A stretch of 62,998 nt of DNA, filler included, from Phoronis australis (lineage: Eukaryota; Animalia; Phoronida): the NCBI GenBank assembly GCA_002633005.1. It is 7 parts of 7 records of this genome, joined end to end, with 100 filler letters (N's around TTAATTAATTAA, not from the genome) between each part and the next. Parts side by side here need not be neighbours in the genome. Positions count along the whole stretch, not along the records: positions 28,408 to 52,723 come from NMRA01001360.1; positions 52,824 to 55,930 come from NMRA01003217.1; positions 56,031 to 59,566 come from NMRA01002969.1; positions 59,667 to 62,998 come from NMRA01003084.1; 3 more parts are not named here. One strand, given 5' to 3'. Within the stretch, counting starts at the first letter, position 1. Every line of letters begins with the position of its first letter. Of this stretch, positions 50,995-62,998 are shown one piece after another. The notes under the pieces are model-generated. The model saw only the letters and a program-made list of their open reading frames with translations, did no database searches and was not told the DNA's origin. A program made the position numbers and the translations under genes.

Positions 50995-51367
50995 TTAAAG
51001 TGGAACTTACATTCTAATTCCTTATCTTTGGGATTTCTTGGTAAATTTAGATCAAAACATCACATACGGGGATGATGTGAATACGAATTATGTTGAAAAT
51101 TGCAAAATGTTTTTAAGAATGAGTTTTGTGTCAAAACTTATCTACTTTTAAGTCACTAAGCGGTGTCCAGTAAATATCGTGATGCATGATGCAGGCTATA
51201 TGAGCCACAAGGTTTGTCATTAGTGCAAAGGCCACCTATTTGTTTTCACATCTACAAGTTGTCAACGAATAAAACTGCACTTGGATTAGTGTAGAGGATA
51301 TTCAAATAGCACTGTCGTTTAGTTCCCGCTATACATTAACATAGGTAGGAGCATGAAAATACTTTAA
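50995..51367 (+). mobile_element. TTAA-flanked Kolobok-like MITE, copy 2, inside the transposase intron
   Basis: TTAA-AGT...ACT-TTAA ends; homologous to 25812-26190. Confidence 0.65.
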
Positions 51368-51403
51368 ATGTTAAATTAGTGTTAATAGTTCACGTTTTTT
51401 CAG

Positions 51404-52723
51404 GTGGACTTGCATCGCAAGCAGCAGCGCAATCTGGGGACATGAATCTGCACTTTAAATTTAAAGATAAAGACCTTGTGGCTTTGGAAGCTAAATATCA
51501 TAGATCCTGCTACAAAAAGTTAACAAGACCCCTGACAAAGATCGTGAAAGACCAGACAAGTGGAGAATCCCCACTTTTCTGTGAAGTTTTCAAACAGTTT
51601 TGTGCAGATTTTATTGAAATGAAGCTTCTGACACATGGGGAAGTCATCCGCCTTACCAAACCTAAGCGAGAATTTGAAGTTATGCTTGAGAAAGCTGGAG
51701 TGCGTGAAAGTGTTTGGACAGGAAATCTTAAAAAACGTCTGTTGAAACTGTACCCACAGCTGCAGTTTGTACGACCTAGTAAGAGGTATGAAAGTGAACT
51801 GGTGCTAGCGTTTAACGATTCACTTGCCGATTATTATGAATCCGAGGGTAGCAGCAGTGGTGATGAAAGTGTGCACGACGTCAAAGTTGTGGACTCATCT
51901 CCAGACATCCGGCGTGAGTTGTACAGGTCTGCACTTATTTTAAGAAATTATGTAAAAGATTGTGAAGGTGTTACTGTTTGGCCACTTACTGCCAAAGACT
52001 TTCAGTCTGACTCGGTCAAGGAATACATTCCTTCGCACTTGTACAATTTTCTTGCGTGGGTCAACGGTGCTAGTGATGACTTCAGTGGAGACGGGTTTGT
52101 TAGCACTAGGCAAGATGTCGACAGGGTACTAATGTCTGTGGCACAGGACATAATCTATTTGGCTTCAGCGGGGAACACTCCAATGCCAAAACACTATGCT
52201 TTAGGTATGACAGTTCGACATTGAACTGGATCTTCTACACTCATTGGTATATTAAATGGACTGGGCCATTGTGTTTCTCATTCAACTGTGTTACAGTTTG
52301 ACGCTGCTTTAGCAGAGGCTGAGCTTCATAGAAATACAATGGTGCCAAACGGTTTCTTGGATGGTATACACACCACATTAGTTTGGGACAATAACGATTT
52401 TCAAGAAGAAACCCGGAGTGGTGCAGGCACAACCCATAATACCACCGGGATAATTGTACAACTACAGCAGGAACACCAGGAAATAGCTCCATCCGAAAGA
52501 CAAGGAGTTTTTGCAAAGAAGTCGAAAAAAAGAACTTGCGACCTTCCCCCAAAGATGATTGAAGATTACTCGAGTAGAGAAAAAGGTGGTCCTCCCCGTA
52601 GTGATGCACTTACCTTTATTCCATCAGTGACTGCACACCAGAATTTAACAGACACTGCATTTTGCCTGTCAAAGCTACCTGAGGTAGTAGGTGAAAAGCT
52701 ACCTGGCTGGACTGGGTTCAACA
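51404..52723 (+). pseudogene. Academ-like transposase exon 2 with one in-frame TGA (52222-52224), truncated by a gap
   Basis: tttttcag phase-1 acceptor. Motifs DLVALEAKYHRSCY, PKHYALGMTVRH*TGSSTLIGILNGLGHCVS, WDNNDFQEETRSGAGTTH and LPGWTGFN. ORFs 51379-52224 and 52288-52779 share one frame. Confidence 0.75.
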
Positions 52724-55700
52724 NNNNNNNNNNNNNNNNNNNNNNNNNNNNNNNNNNNNNNNNNNNNTTAATTAATTAANNNNNNNNNNNNNNNNNNNNN
52801 NNNNNNNNNNNNNNNNNNNNNNNTATTCGCAATCCTCCTCTTGTTTTACTCTGCAACATAGCTCGTGGCGTACCCCGGGCAAAATAGATTACGATAAACA
52901 ATTTGACTGTCTTGCCAATAGACACGAGTTTCTGTCAGCTCATGCCATTACTTTCTACAATAGTGCATTAAAATGCAGGAAGCATGTGACTGTTACATTA
53001 TGAGCTCTGCTATTCAAAACTCATAGGGGGTAATAAAACAATTATCTTCTCAGCCAGGACATAAACCCTTTCTTAAGCTGTGTTTACTCAGGCCAACTGA
53101 GACAGTTGCATGACTAGGAGCAAAGAACTACATTCACTGACCTTACATGGTCTATTGTGTTTAACGGCTTCAATGACTTACAACCATCTGCAAATTGTAA
53201 GCCACTATGGGGACTAGTTACCTCCTCCAAACAAAAACGAGATGTGAATCATCAGGAAAAACCTTATCATCCCAAACTCATTTCTTTTATTACAGCCAAC
53301 ATAACACTCCAAACTCAATTTCTTTTATTATAGCCACCTGTGTATATGTATGTTAATTAAGTCAAGAGTTATGCAATAGTTTCCAACTCAGAGCTGGTAA
53401 TGAGAAGTCTGGTTGCAGGGATAAGATGGAACATGTGTAAATGTATATTTATATCAAAATACATCTCAATACACAGCAGGTGTTTCAGGGAGAGAGGGAC
53501 TGCTCTCATCACCATGGATGGGAGATGGAACGACAGACCACACATGGTCACATATGAAGTGATAGAACAGACTATGTGGAGAACCACCCCCTCCCGGGAG
53601 CGGGGGAACACTCCAACTCTAGCGGTAGTATGCCTTTTGGAGGGGGAGAATTGACTGTGTGTACTAGGGTTGGTATGTGAAAGGCGGGAAAGAGTTGACT
53701 GTGCAAAAGCCATCAATGCCCAGAGGAAGAGACCAATACAAGGATTAGTATGTGAACAGAGAGCACTGATTATGTGGAGGGCTACCGACCCTCCCAGGGG
53801 CAGACTCCAGTAACTAGGATAAGTAGTGAAGTGAAAGTGTGTGAAGGAATACCCCACTGGGGGGGGGGTAGACTTCACTTGTTGGATAAGTATGGATGGC
53901 ACTAATTTAGTAGACTGTAATTCTTCAATTATTTCACACAAAAATAATGGGCCACCTGGGGTTTCCAAACTTAGCAATAAAGTGGAACAAAATTGCCATC
54001 TTGTAGAACCTCATGCAAGGTCTATACCACAGGCAGCAGAAAACCAGCATGTGTTACAAACTTTAGGAGATTTCACACCCTGCAGCAACAGGTTAGCATC
54101 ATGGCACCAAGGGAACTCAGGAACGAAAATAGACCTTGCTTCTTTAACCTCACTATTGCTGCTAATTGTCATTTTTCAATCTTTTAAGGGATAACTATTT
54201 TGTTACAAATAAATCGTTTTTCATTGTCAAGTGCGTTATCCCTACAGTACATACATATCATGCTAATAATAGAGTAAAAACTTAATTTTTCATTTTTATT
54301 TGACAAATATTCTACTAATCACATTGTGTGCTACAGTGAAGAATCACGGACTTAGTCATTTCATGAACTGACACTGAACTGGACATTTCTTCCTTATGGT
54401 ATTAAATGCGAAGACAATTTTGAATTTTACATATTGTACAAGTTAGACCATGAGAATACCTGGACCTACAAAACTTTAGCTTTTTACCAGAACATGTGGA
54501 GAGTTTCTCACTTACAAGTTGGTCACCTCTTGGATTCCCTTTACCCTTAGATATCTTTTATGATGCCTATTCAGCATGCCCTTTGTATTCAAGCTAATGA
54601 AACGGAAAGGTAATCCCTAGCACTACTTTCTCAACAGTAGTGGATGTTATTACCTTGAAATAATTAGTTTTCTGACAATTGCTCAGAGCTTAACAGTCTG
54701 AAATGTTGAAAGTGCAGGTTTGAAGACATTTTAGAATAACTGAAAATGGGAACTTGGGTTCATCTTAACAAAGGGTCATTTCCCAAAGGATCGTTGGTTT
54801 TAAATGTTTCATAACTATTTTCGTCATTTTATTTTTAGTACTCTAGTCTATTCTGTTTTGTTTCCTGTCGGGTTGCTATCATTTGATTTTAATTTTAAGC
54901 TTGAAGTGCCAAATCTGAGTGGCAGAATTTGATCATCAGTGAAACTTGGAAGTCAGCTCTCACCCACCGACCCACGCCACCTATGGCTTGGATTTTCTCA
55001 TTGACTTTGAAACTAACTATAATTTATCTTCACGGCACGTTTCATCGCTAGCTGATTATCAAATATCACAGTGTTCCTGTTAGCGTGCTACTCCTCGTGC
55101 TACTCCTCATGCTACTCCTCGAATAAAATAATTCGACATGACTGGGCATTAAGCGCTGTCTTAAAAGCTATTGACATCTAATTGGGTCACCGTNTGTGTT
55201 GTTTCTTTTTGTCATAATGTAGTTTAGTCATTATGTATACTAAAAGAATAAACCACTTGTTATTTTTAATTATGATTAGCCTTAGTTTGTAAATCTTCCG
55301 AGTATACGCACAGTTGTTAATCTACATTCCGTAATCAATGTTTTTAGCTTATTTAAGTTTATCGATATTCAAAAATTGAATACCATACTATGTATATTTT
55401 TAACAAAAATTATTGCTTTATGCATTTTGAAAATTCGCCAGTATGTGCAGGCAAATTATTCACAGCATGACAGACAAGACGACATAATATAATCTGCAGA
55501 TTCTCGACCATATTAGTGACTGCTTCAGGAGCACTTCCTTTTTTGGTTATTCTCAGCCTCACACCTGCTCACAAGATTCCAATTAAATTAGTACGGATAA
55601 TCCACTTTGGCAAATATAGCTGAATATCACAACAAACTGAAGAAATAACAAACACTACATGGCTATATACCAGTAAATACATTAAATACTTCATGTACTA

Positions 55701-55832
55701 AGCAAATATGGGATGTCTGTTTCAAATGAAACAATTTGATTTTTAAGTTTGAAACAATTCAGTTATCTTTTATATACTATGTCGTAACCATGCACAATTA
55801 CCAGGGAATATTTACGAGTTTCCATGAGGTTT

Positions 55833-55930
55833 GTTGCTTTGTTTAAGGTTATGTGAGGATGTTATTGGCTACGTGTTGCTTGGTTTAAGGTTATGTGAGG
55901 ATGTTATTGGCTACGTGTTGCTTTGTTTAA
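55833..55930. repeat. Tandem duplication of about 46 bp running into a gap
   Basis: GTTGCTT(T/G)GTTTAAGGTTATGTGAGGATGTTATTGGCTACGT occurs twice. Confidence 0.85.
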
Positions 55931-57377
55931 NNNNNNNNNNNNNNNNNNNNNNNNNNNNNNNNNNNNNNNNNNNNTTAATTAATTAANNNNNNNNNNNNNN
56001 NNNNNNNNNNNNNNNNNNNNNNNNNNNNNNAAGGTGGGTGACGGTCGTTACACTGTACATCTGTGATACATTATTCATAGCAGAAACTTATGAACTGTTC
56101 AGCTTAAGAGCTATTAAAGAAAGCATGCAGGGCTTTTTAGCTCCTTGTACAAGACGTGGTAAAGTAAGCGGACACACTTCGGTTTGTGTAAAGACGCGGT
56201 ATTCTTGTGACAACGCTGTTGTCCCATATCTACTCGGGTTCCCTTTACTTACAATTTGAGAAGAAAAACTGATGCTAGTGATGCGGGTGAAGATTTGGGA
56301 TTCCTAACAAAACTTTGAATTATTTTGTTTTTGACTTTATTCACATCTGAGAAAGATCAGTCTCGCCATTCAACCCAACAATTTAAGCTACATTTCATCT
56401 TCGTTTAGCTGACAACGATGGAGTTTATAAAGATTACCACGCTCATCCAGTCTTCAGATTTTTTCCTTTGCTTTCAGCTGTGGCATCACCTGCATCAGAC
56501 CGCATGCGTCAACGATTGATATGGTGGTTTAAGCTTGTTTCAACAAACTTATGCCAACTTATCAAAAAGTCGTTGACCTCAGATAGGCGGTGACCTATCT
56601 CAGGACCTCTCCAGTCCTATCCAATTAAGAACAAAAACACTAAATGGCCATGTATGTGGTATGCTGGTCACCTATTATCTGTAATAACTTGGGAGATTAG
56701 CTGGGCACACTGTTTGTTTAAGCTGGCTGAACAAGACAATTTACCAGGAAATGAATTACCATTAACTATCTTTAGCCAGTTCATCTGGTGATGAAATTAT
56801 TAATTTTGGTGGTTTGATCAAGTAATAGTTGTTGCCTGCTTTGTTGCTACTGTTTGCAGTGCTAGAAATAGCACAAAATGTAAATTATAACATTTGCTTT
56901 GTAGATCCTTTGTTGATCAGTAATTTGTAACTTATCGTGGTCTTGGAATGGCTTTATATTGGGGCTTAGATTTGCCATGACCATATTTTTTTCATTCATA
57001 AATGTTTGCCTTTAGCCTAACTGATACTTATGTTGCTTCTCATTGGCCAGGATTTGCCTCAGGGACCATACCAAAGCATCTGTCTGTCTGCTGTACCCTA
57101 TGTTGATGGTACACATGGGTCCAAATTCTGAAACCCAACTCGTGCCTTTCAGATTCATCCGTCCTTCTCCAGGTCACCTTTGGTCTATCACACGAGGCCT
57201 TCCCAATAGAGTGGAGTAACATTAATACGAAACTTTAGCCAGAATCTCATGTGGCACATTAATTTTATTTCATGCATGCGGAACAGATAATTATTACACT
57301 GATGAGTTACAAAGTGTTGTTTTAGGACGACAAATTCTCATCATGTACACTCGATTGAATTCACTGGTTCAGCTGCG

Positions 57378-57455
57378 TCAACCGTCTAAGACATCTGATT
57401 GGTTCTCGATGACGATTTCCGGCTTACAAACCAGTCAGATGTCTTAGTCGCTTGA
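57378..57455. repeat. Imperfect inverted repeat with 27-bp arms; probable palindromic MITE core
   Basis: TCAACCGTCTAAGACATCTGATTGGTT ... AACCAGTCAGATGTCTTAGTCGCTTGA. Confidence 0.8.
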
Positions 57456-57749
57456 CCCATCAGAAGTGACAAAGTCATTCAAGTGCAGCCATTGAAAAGC
57501 CCAGCTTCATCCCTTCTCTATAGTTTCGTGTCAAATATGCTATTTGATGAATGCAAGCGTGAGCCTGTTCTTAATTCGCTGTGTCCAAGAAGAAAGATCT
57601 TGCGTTACCGTGTGCTTAAATGAACTCTTAATGAAATCGCAAGAAGCTTTACGTTTGGCTGTAAAAAGCGTTATTACATGACCACCGATATTTCAATCCT
57701 TGGAGCGGTTAAAACACAGTAGGATAACTAGCTAACCCTGGAATATCAC

Positions 57750-58290
57750 TTTTTACGCGTCTAAATGAATGCCGTTATCCCTGTCCGTCCAGCTGGCTTT
57801 CTGTCCGGCGTTCACTACCACTCCATGGTTGTTTGTTAAATTTTCCAGGCATGTTGCTGTGATGACCGAATTTTCACTATAGTCTCTATTGTTGGCAGTT
57901 TCATTCTTCTACTTTACGGTTTATATCTACTGAGTTCCTTGACGGATTTGCTTGAAATTTGGAACATAAATTCCTATTACGAAGACAACAACAGGTTTCT
58001 GTTTTTGGGTAGATTCAACGTATGGTGCTGCGAACATGGTGGCCAGTTTTATTTTTTTGCAGCTGTCTATTTTTGACATCCACTTCCCTATTTGTCAAAC
58101 TGCTTGAAGGATTGTTATGAAATATTGCAGGTGTTTCCTTTTTGATTTGAACACAGCTAATGTAATTTTTGAACAGGTCCTACCACTGTGACAACCTCTA
58201 TTGGCCAATTCTTTTATCCATGCCTCGATATCTGCCAAATTCGTAGATGGATCTTAATGAAATTTAGTGTATGTGTTCTGGTTGATTAAA
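57750..58290 (+). mobile_element. Old, diverged HINE-family copy
   Basis: TTTTTACGCGTC start, a CTGTCCGTCC microsatellite, and TGAAATTTGG / GGATCTTAATGAAATTTAG blocks as in 39803-41223. Confidence 0.5.
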
Positions 58291-58351
58291 GTACGGCTGA
58301 CTTCAGTCCACATGACCTGCTACCATCTTTGTGATGTGTCCATTCCATATT

Positions 58352-58464
58352 CGAGTAATAGTCACTAATAGGTGTCCTGCACTTTGAGAACTGGTTTCCC
58401 TACTGAATAACAGACATCAAACTGGTTCTCAAAATCCAGGTCCCCTGTAAGTGCCTATTGCCCG
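58352..58464. repeat. Imperfect inverted repeat with 46-bp arms and a 21-nt loop
   Basis: CGAGTAATAGTCACTAATAGGTGTCCTGCACTTTGAGAACTGGTTT versus reverse complement CGGGCAATAGGCACTTACAGGGGACCTGGATTTTGAGAACCAGTTT. Confidence 0.85.
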
Positions 58465-59666
58465 TATTTCTATTTTCTCCACTCTCTGGGGTTATCTCAC
58501 TTGACTATTTACTGGACCTAGTTTCTAGAAGGAGGTCTCTGATTAGTTGTTGCTGTAAATATTGACCCCCTAGCATCCAGAAGTCATGCTGTTTCAGCAT
58601 TTTCTCCTACTCAGCTTGAGAACATACGTGGCTTCATTTCCGAAGGCTTTAAATAGATCCTGTCATTTACCGTACACCCACACTGCAGCTTAAGGGATGG
58701 CATCAGTGCTGCTAAAAATGTGTCTGTTAGTTATTACAAACAGATGTATCAAGTCCCAGATGTCGTTGACTATTACTGTGTTTTCTTGTTAATCATAAGT
58801 GCTGATTAAATCTGCTAATTATTTTTGATGTCATAGGGAAATATTCTTAGCATTGCATGTCTACTTTAAGTCCCTTGGTTGAATTCAGTTTGCACGAGGT
58901 GAGTGTGCCTAACCATTAGGGCCCCCATGGAAAGCAATGTGAACTGATGGGGTTACTCTCATTGTAATTATTACATTAATAAATGTGTGTTCTAATGCAG
59001 GCTGTACTTTACCCAGATAACCCTCATATTCATTTGATGGTTGAGGTTATGAAGGGCCCTTGGAATAATGGTCAAATTTGGTTTATGGGATTTATATGAA
59101 ACTTATAGATACCTTGCATAATGAGCAGGTCTCCTAAACACAGTTAGGACTTGTTTCCAAACTTTCCACCTTTGCACGAGGGGCTATTAAAAATAGGACT
59201 TTCATGACTTTTTGTGAAAAAATCAAAACCAAAATAATTCTTTAGAAAACTCTATAGAGCGTTTTTTGGGGGTTTCAGTCGGAACAATTATATTTGAACA
59301 AAAGTTGGTCGTTTTATTGATACTGTTGTTTTGATATGGATGTAACTGCTTTTGCTAAATTTTACTAAAAAGACAAAGGCATGTTATTAGCAGATTGGTA
59401 TAAACTCAAAAATCAAATTCTACAAGCTTTATACTTTCAGAAAATGTATACTTTTACTGAGTTAAAATGTTTAATTTTGTTTAGATACGTGGTTGAATAC
59501 ACCGAGACGATAAGGTCTGACATAACCTAAAGTCTTGGTTTTTGTTCCAAACCTAGTTTGACTTTANNNNNNNNNNNNNNNNNNNNNNNNNNNNNNNNNN
59601 NNNNNNNNNNTTAATTAATTAANNNNNNNNNNNNNNNNNNNNNNNNNNNNNNNNNNNNNNNNNNNN

Positions 59667-59921
59667 ATCCTCAGAGCGTGCACGCGTGACTCGCCGATGT
59701 CGGTGCCCTTGACTATCACCTTAGCGCCATACGTCTTGCATGATTCCACCTTCATCAGAGGGGCAACTATCGGCATGACAACGGTGACTGGTATGTTGAG
59801 GTCGTTTCCGTGGTAGGCCAGTGCCAGAGCGTGATTGCCAGCACTGGCCGCTATCACGCCATCTTTCCTCTGCTGTGGAGACAACATCATCAACGTGTAG
59901 CGGGCACCGCGCTCTTTAAAA
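59667..59921 (-). CDS. L-threonine/serine dehydratase (ammonia-lyase) family, exon truncated by a gap ((S)FKERGARYTLMMLSPQQRKDGVIAASAGNHALALAYHG...)
   Basis: ttttcag acceptor; PLP-lysine motif SFKERG completed across the splice junction; ASAGNH motif of fold-type II PLP enzymes. Confidence 0.93.
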
Positions 59922-60332
59922 CTGAAAAAAACAAAATAAAAATAACTTCACACACACTGTGCAGATGAAAGCTTTACAAGACGTGCTACCCCATTCAAAA
60001 TTTCACAGCATTCTTGGGGGGTATTAAGAGCACTCAGATAAGAGGTGGGGTGCACAAGCCAAGTTGCCCCATTGTGTTGCTCAGACAGGTTACGCACAAT
60101 GGAGGCTGATGCACATCAACAAAGAAGTAGCAGTGGCAACCCCGCGTTATTTTTCTCGACTTCTTCTATTGTTAGTAGTTAACTGATTTTTACTGTTTAA
60201 AAATGATCAAGTTCAATTTTCAACGACGTTCTTATAGTCTGCAATGTCGAAAATGATCAGGAAAAAATGCTGCTACCCATCTCTTGTTCCCTTATCCCCA
60301 CATAAAAAGCCAGTCATCAAAGTCCAGCGTTA

Positions 60333-60543
60333 GGAGGCAGTGTGGCCTAGTGGAATAAGCGCCCGCTTCCTTGACTGAAGGTCGTGAGTTTGAGTCCCAC
60401 TGCGGCACACTGCTAGACCCTCGAGTCAGGTCTCCAACTCTTCACCTAATAAAAATGGTTCCAGGCCATCAGTGCAATGGGCCCACCTGAACGGCCTGCG
60501 CGGATACACATTGTACCAGACCACCTGTAATTATCTATTTATT
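60333..60543 (+). mobile_element. tRNA-derived SINE in a dehydratase intron, antisense to the gene
   Basis: A box TGGCCTAGTGG (60343-60353), B box GAGTTTGAGTCC (60386-60397), AT-rich tail, and flanking AAAGTC(C/T)AGC at 60319-60328 and 60544-60553. Confidence 0.75.
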
Positions 60544-60668
60544 AAAGTCTAGCACTGCAAAGTGTTTATTATAATCTCGACTAGTAAGAAGGACTTGCTG
60601 GCTGAGAATACGGGGCAGCGCCCAACGTGAAGTCCATGCGAGTACCGCAAGCTTTAAAACTCTCTTAC

Positions 60669-60742
60669 CTTCCAGTCAGTTGTAAGAATTCCTTCTTGAA
60701 AAAGATGTCCATCTCACACATTCTTGACAAACCCAAGGAGCG
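60669..60742 (-). CDS. Threonine dehydratase-family exon (RSLGLSRMCEMDIFFKKEFLQLTG(S))
   Basis: ccttgtcag acceptor, AG|gtaaga donor, KxExLQxTGS motif; phases fit both neighbouring exons. Confidence 0.93.
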
Positions 60743-62291
60743 CTGACAAGGCAAAATGGTGAAAATCAGTTCCGCATTTTGACACCCGTCAAGTTGGGCA
60801 AAGCAGCTCAAAACTCTAATTGCGTTTTTGCTGGACCTCAACATCAAAACACTAACTTTTAATCAAATGGACGGCTATACTTGGTCTCAACGAGAATGTA
60901 CTCAGATTTGGAGATGGTTTCCAAGCATGGGAATTCATGGGCCAAACTGCTTGGCCATGGTGATTATATGTCACATGAAAGAGTCTATGCCTCGTTAAAT
61001 ATGTGCATAATTTTGTGTTTAATTTTTCTTCCATAAAGTACTTGAAGTGTTCAAGCATTCTGAGTTCAGTCACTAAAACAAAGCTAATAATTTAATACGC
61101 TATCAAGTGCAGCAAACCTACAAATGGTGTGAATCGGTTTTAAATATTTTGTATGTATCACAAGGTGTAATCTCAGCGCTTCGCCGTCACGATTGCTTTT
61201 GTATTATTATTATATGCATATCATGTTAATCCCAAACTAAAAGAGATTCTTTGGAGAACATGACAGTAGTGACTTTTGTCAATAATACAAATGAAAGACA
61301 AGTATTAACTTTCTTCAAGACCAATGTCTAGTTTTGAAGATCCCAAAAATTTGGTAACGACCAAGTCGAATAGTTTACAAATAAACCGTTGGTATTGATG
61401 GCTCAAAGACAAGATTAAAGAGTGAAGTCGTTTTCTTCCCAAATTAATTTTACTACCGTTACAGCAACACAGTGATTCCTAATTTAAATTAAGTATTTCA
61501 ACATTGAATATTTCAAAACGTTTTGATGAAATTCAACGATAGTTGGTAATTATTGTACAAAATTTTATCAACCATGTGTATTTATGTGATGGGCACATGA
61601 ACATGTGTGTTATTTCCTATTCAATTGAAAAAAGGCAACACAATGCTGGTGGGGGGGGCTGATAAAATGTTCTAGCTGAAACGCTAAATGCTTTCACACG
61701 ACAAACTTAAAATGTTCTTAGCAAAACTGGCTTCTTGTGGCACTCTTTAAAACTCAAAAAAGTTTTGAAAAATTTTAAGCTTAAGCGTTTCAAGTTTCTT
61801 TCACATGCGCTGTCGTTGTGATTTCGTGTTTTCAGAAAGAGAGACTGATGCTAGAACTAGTCATCACTGAGACACCATTCATGACAGGATGACTAATCGC
61901 CAAATTAAATGACTTGACAGGTTACCTACCATTACCCGTATTCTAATGAAGTTGGTAATATAACGGTAAACATTCAACCTAACTTCTTTAACCTTTGGCA
62001 GTCTGAGTAGCGAAGTGCTTTTCAGATAAATTCCCAACAAAATTGTATCAGCAATACTTAATAGTGTTAATTTTTAGAAATGAAATCGAAAGCCTCATCT
62101 CTGCGCGGTTTGTCTAATACTTAATTTTATTGAGACATGCATACATCATGTGTTTATGAGACAATATGCTTTTAAATCAAAGGAAGCTAGTGCAGTAAGA
62201 GAAGACATCTTTGACATTCATGCAACATTCAGTTATGACAAAAAGGAATAAACAGTCCCACAAGCAAAGCTCCGCTTTTCAAAACACATAC

Positions 62292-62476
62292 CGTGCATGG
62301 CGTATGCTGAACCCCACTTTTGATCTTGTAAGCGGCCGCGCTGACCTCTTGAAATTTTATCTCCACCGGGTTATCAGGGTCACAGAGACCATCCAACAGG
62401 TCTTCATCTATGCTTTTCCTTGGTAACACTTCCCTACTGGAGTCACCCATATCCGAATGTCTGCTGTTGAGACTAC
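62292..62476 (-). CDS. Threonine dehydratase-family N-terminal exon (possible ATG at 62450: MGDSSREV...CDPDNPVEIKFQEVSAAAYKIKSGVQHTPCT)
   Basis: ttgcag acceptor and ACG|gtatgt donor; the AAxxI...TP motif precedes the PLP motif. A possible upstream exon ends at 62815 (ATG GAT TTA CCA G|gtgag), in frame. Confidence 0.88.
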
Positions 62477-62998
62477 CTGCAATGCAATATACATCATAAC
62501 GTAATAATAATTGTAGAAAAATCAAGGAGGATGGGGCATTAGTACACTGACAAAAAGTACACAGCAGAGAAAATGACTATCGACGAAAGGAATGGTTTGA
62601 AAATTACTGACAGAATTCAGCAGACATAAACCTCTTGGCTGACCAAGCCAGTCTCTGTAAACTGACCAAGGTATACAGGACTGCAAACACTAAAGGGGTA
62701 TGGCATAAAAGTACCTGTGATTACATAACAGGCAATATTTACTCATGATGTTGTGCTTACACAAGACCACTGGGTGTGTATAATGAATTCACACACAAAC
62801 TGTTGTCACCTCACCTGGTAAATCCATATGGCAATGTGCCAAATTCAATGAGAACACATAGGAAAATTCCGGCATCTTATTAGATATATTCAAAATACAC
62901 AATTCCGTCACGCAGGGACATGGGCTTCCAAGCAGCATAAAAACAAATAAATCGGTAACTTTTTGCTGATCAAGAGTGACTATTGCTTTTAACAGAGA

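Larger units (their letters stand above)
49911..52723 (+). mobile_element. Academ-like DNA transposon, 5' part, truncated by a gap
   Basis: Candidate terminus TAGTCGGTGGGCCAGATC, a CCAAT box near 50124 and a spliced transposase-like CDS. Confidence 0.6.

Noticed and set aside
52222-52224. TGA as selenocysteine or programmed readthrough
   Set aside because: The recalled motif has Leu here (TTA/TTG-type codon mutated) and no SECIS is evident; an ordinary nonsense mutation or base error is simpler.
53369-54194. 202-aa and overlapping ORFs with G/C-run motifs
   Set aside because: No recognisable domain or splice structure; looks like degenerate repeat sequence.

Overview
AT-rich eukaryotic (animal) genomic scaffold, probably a marine invertebrate/lophotrochozoan (inferred from gene structure and repeat types). 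The assembly is fragmented: six 100-nt N gaps each contain an artificial TTAATTAATTAA spacer, one 396-N gap lies at 12271-12666, and several single-N joins occur inside repeats. Most of the ORF track is noise because the real genes are spliced. Reconstructed by hand: a complete four-exon POLR2H/RPB8 gene (+, 8357-20771, 150 aa); the first two exons of an FKBP12-type PPIase (-); three exons of a PLP-dependent threonine/serine dehydratase-family gene (-); single isolated exons resembling MYCBPAP (-) and CMTR1 (+); and two exons of an unknown Thr-rich protein (-). The rest is transposon-rich: two Academ-like transposase remnants, Helentron-associated HINE elements carrying regularly spaced CTCF-like motifs, a TA-flanked TIR family in four copies, TTAA-flanked and other MITEs, tRNA-derived elements, hairpins and minisatellites. 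No CRISPR or prokaryotic system is supported. Family assignments rest on recalled motifs and were not checked against a database.
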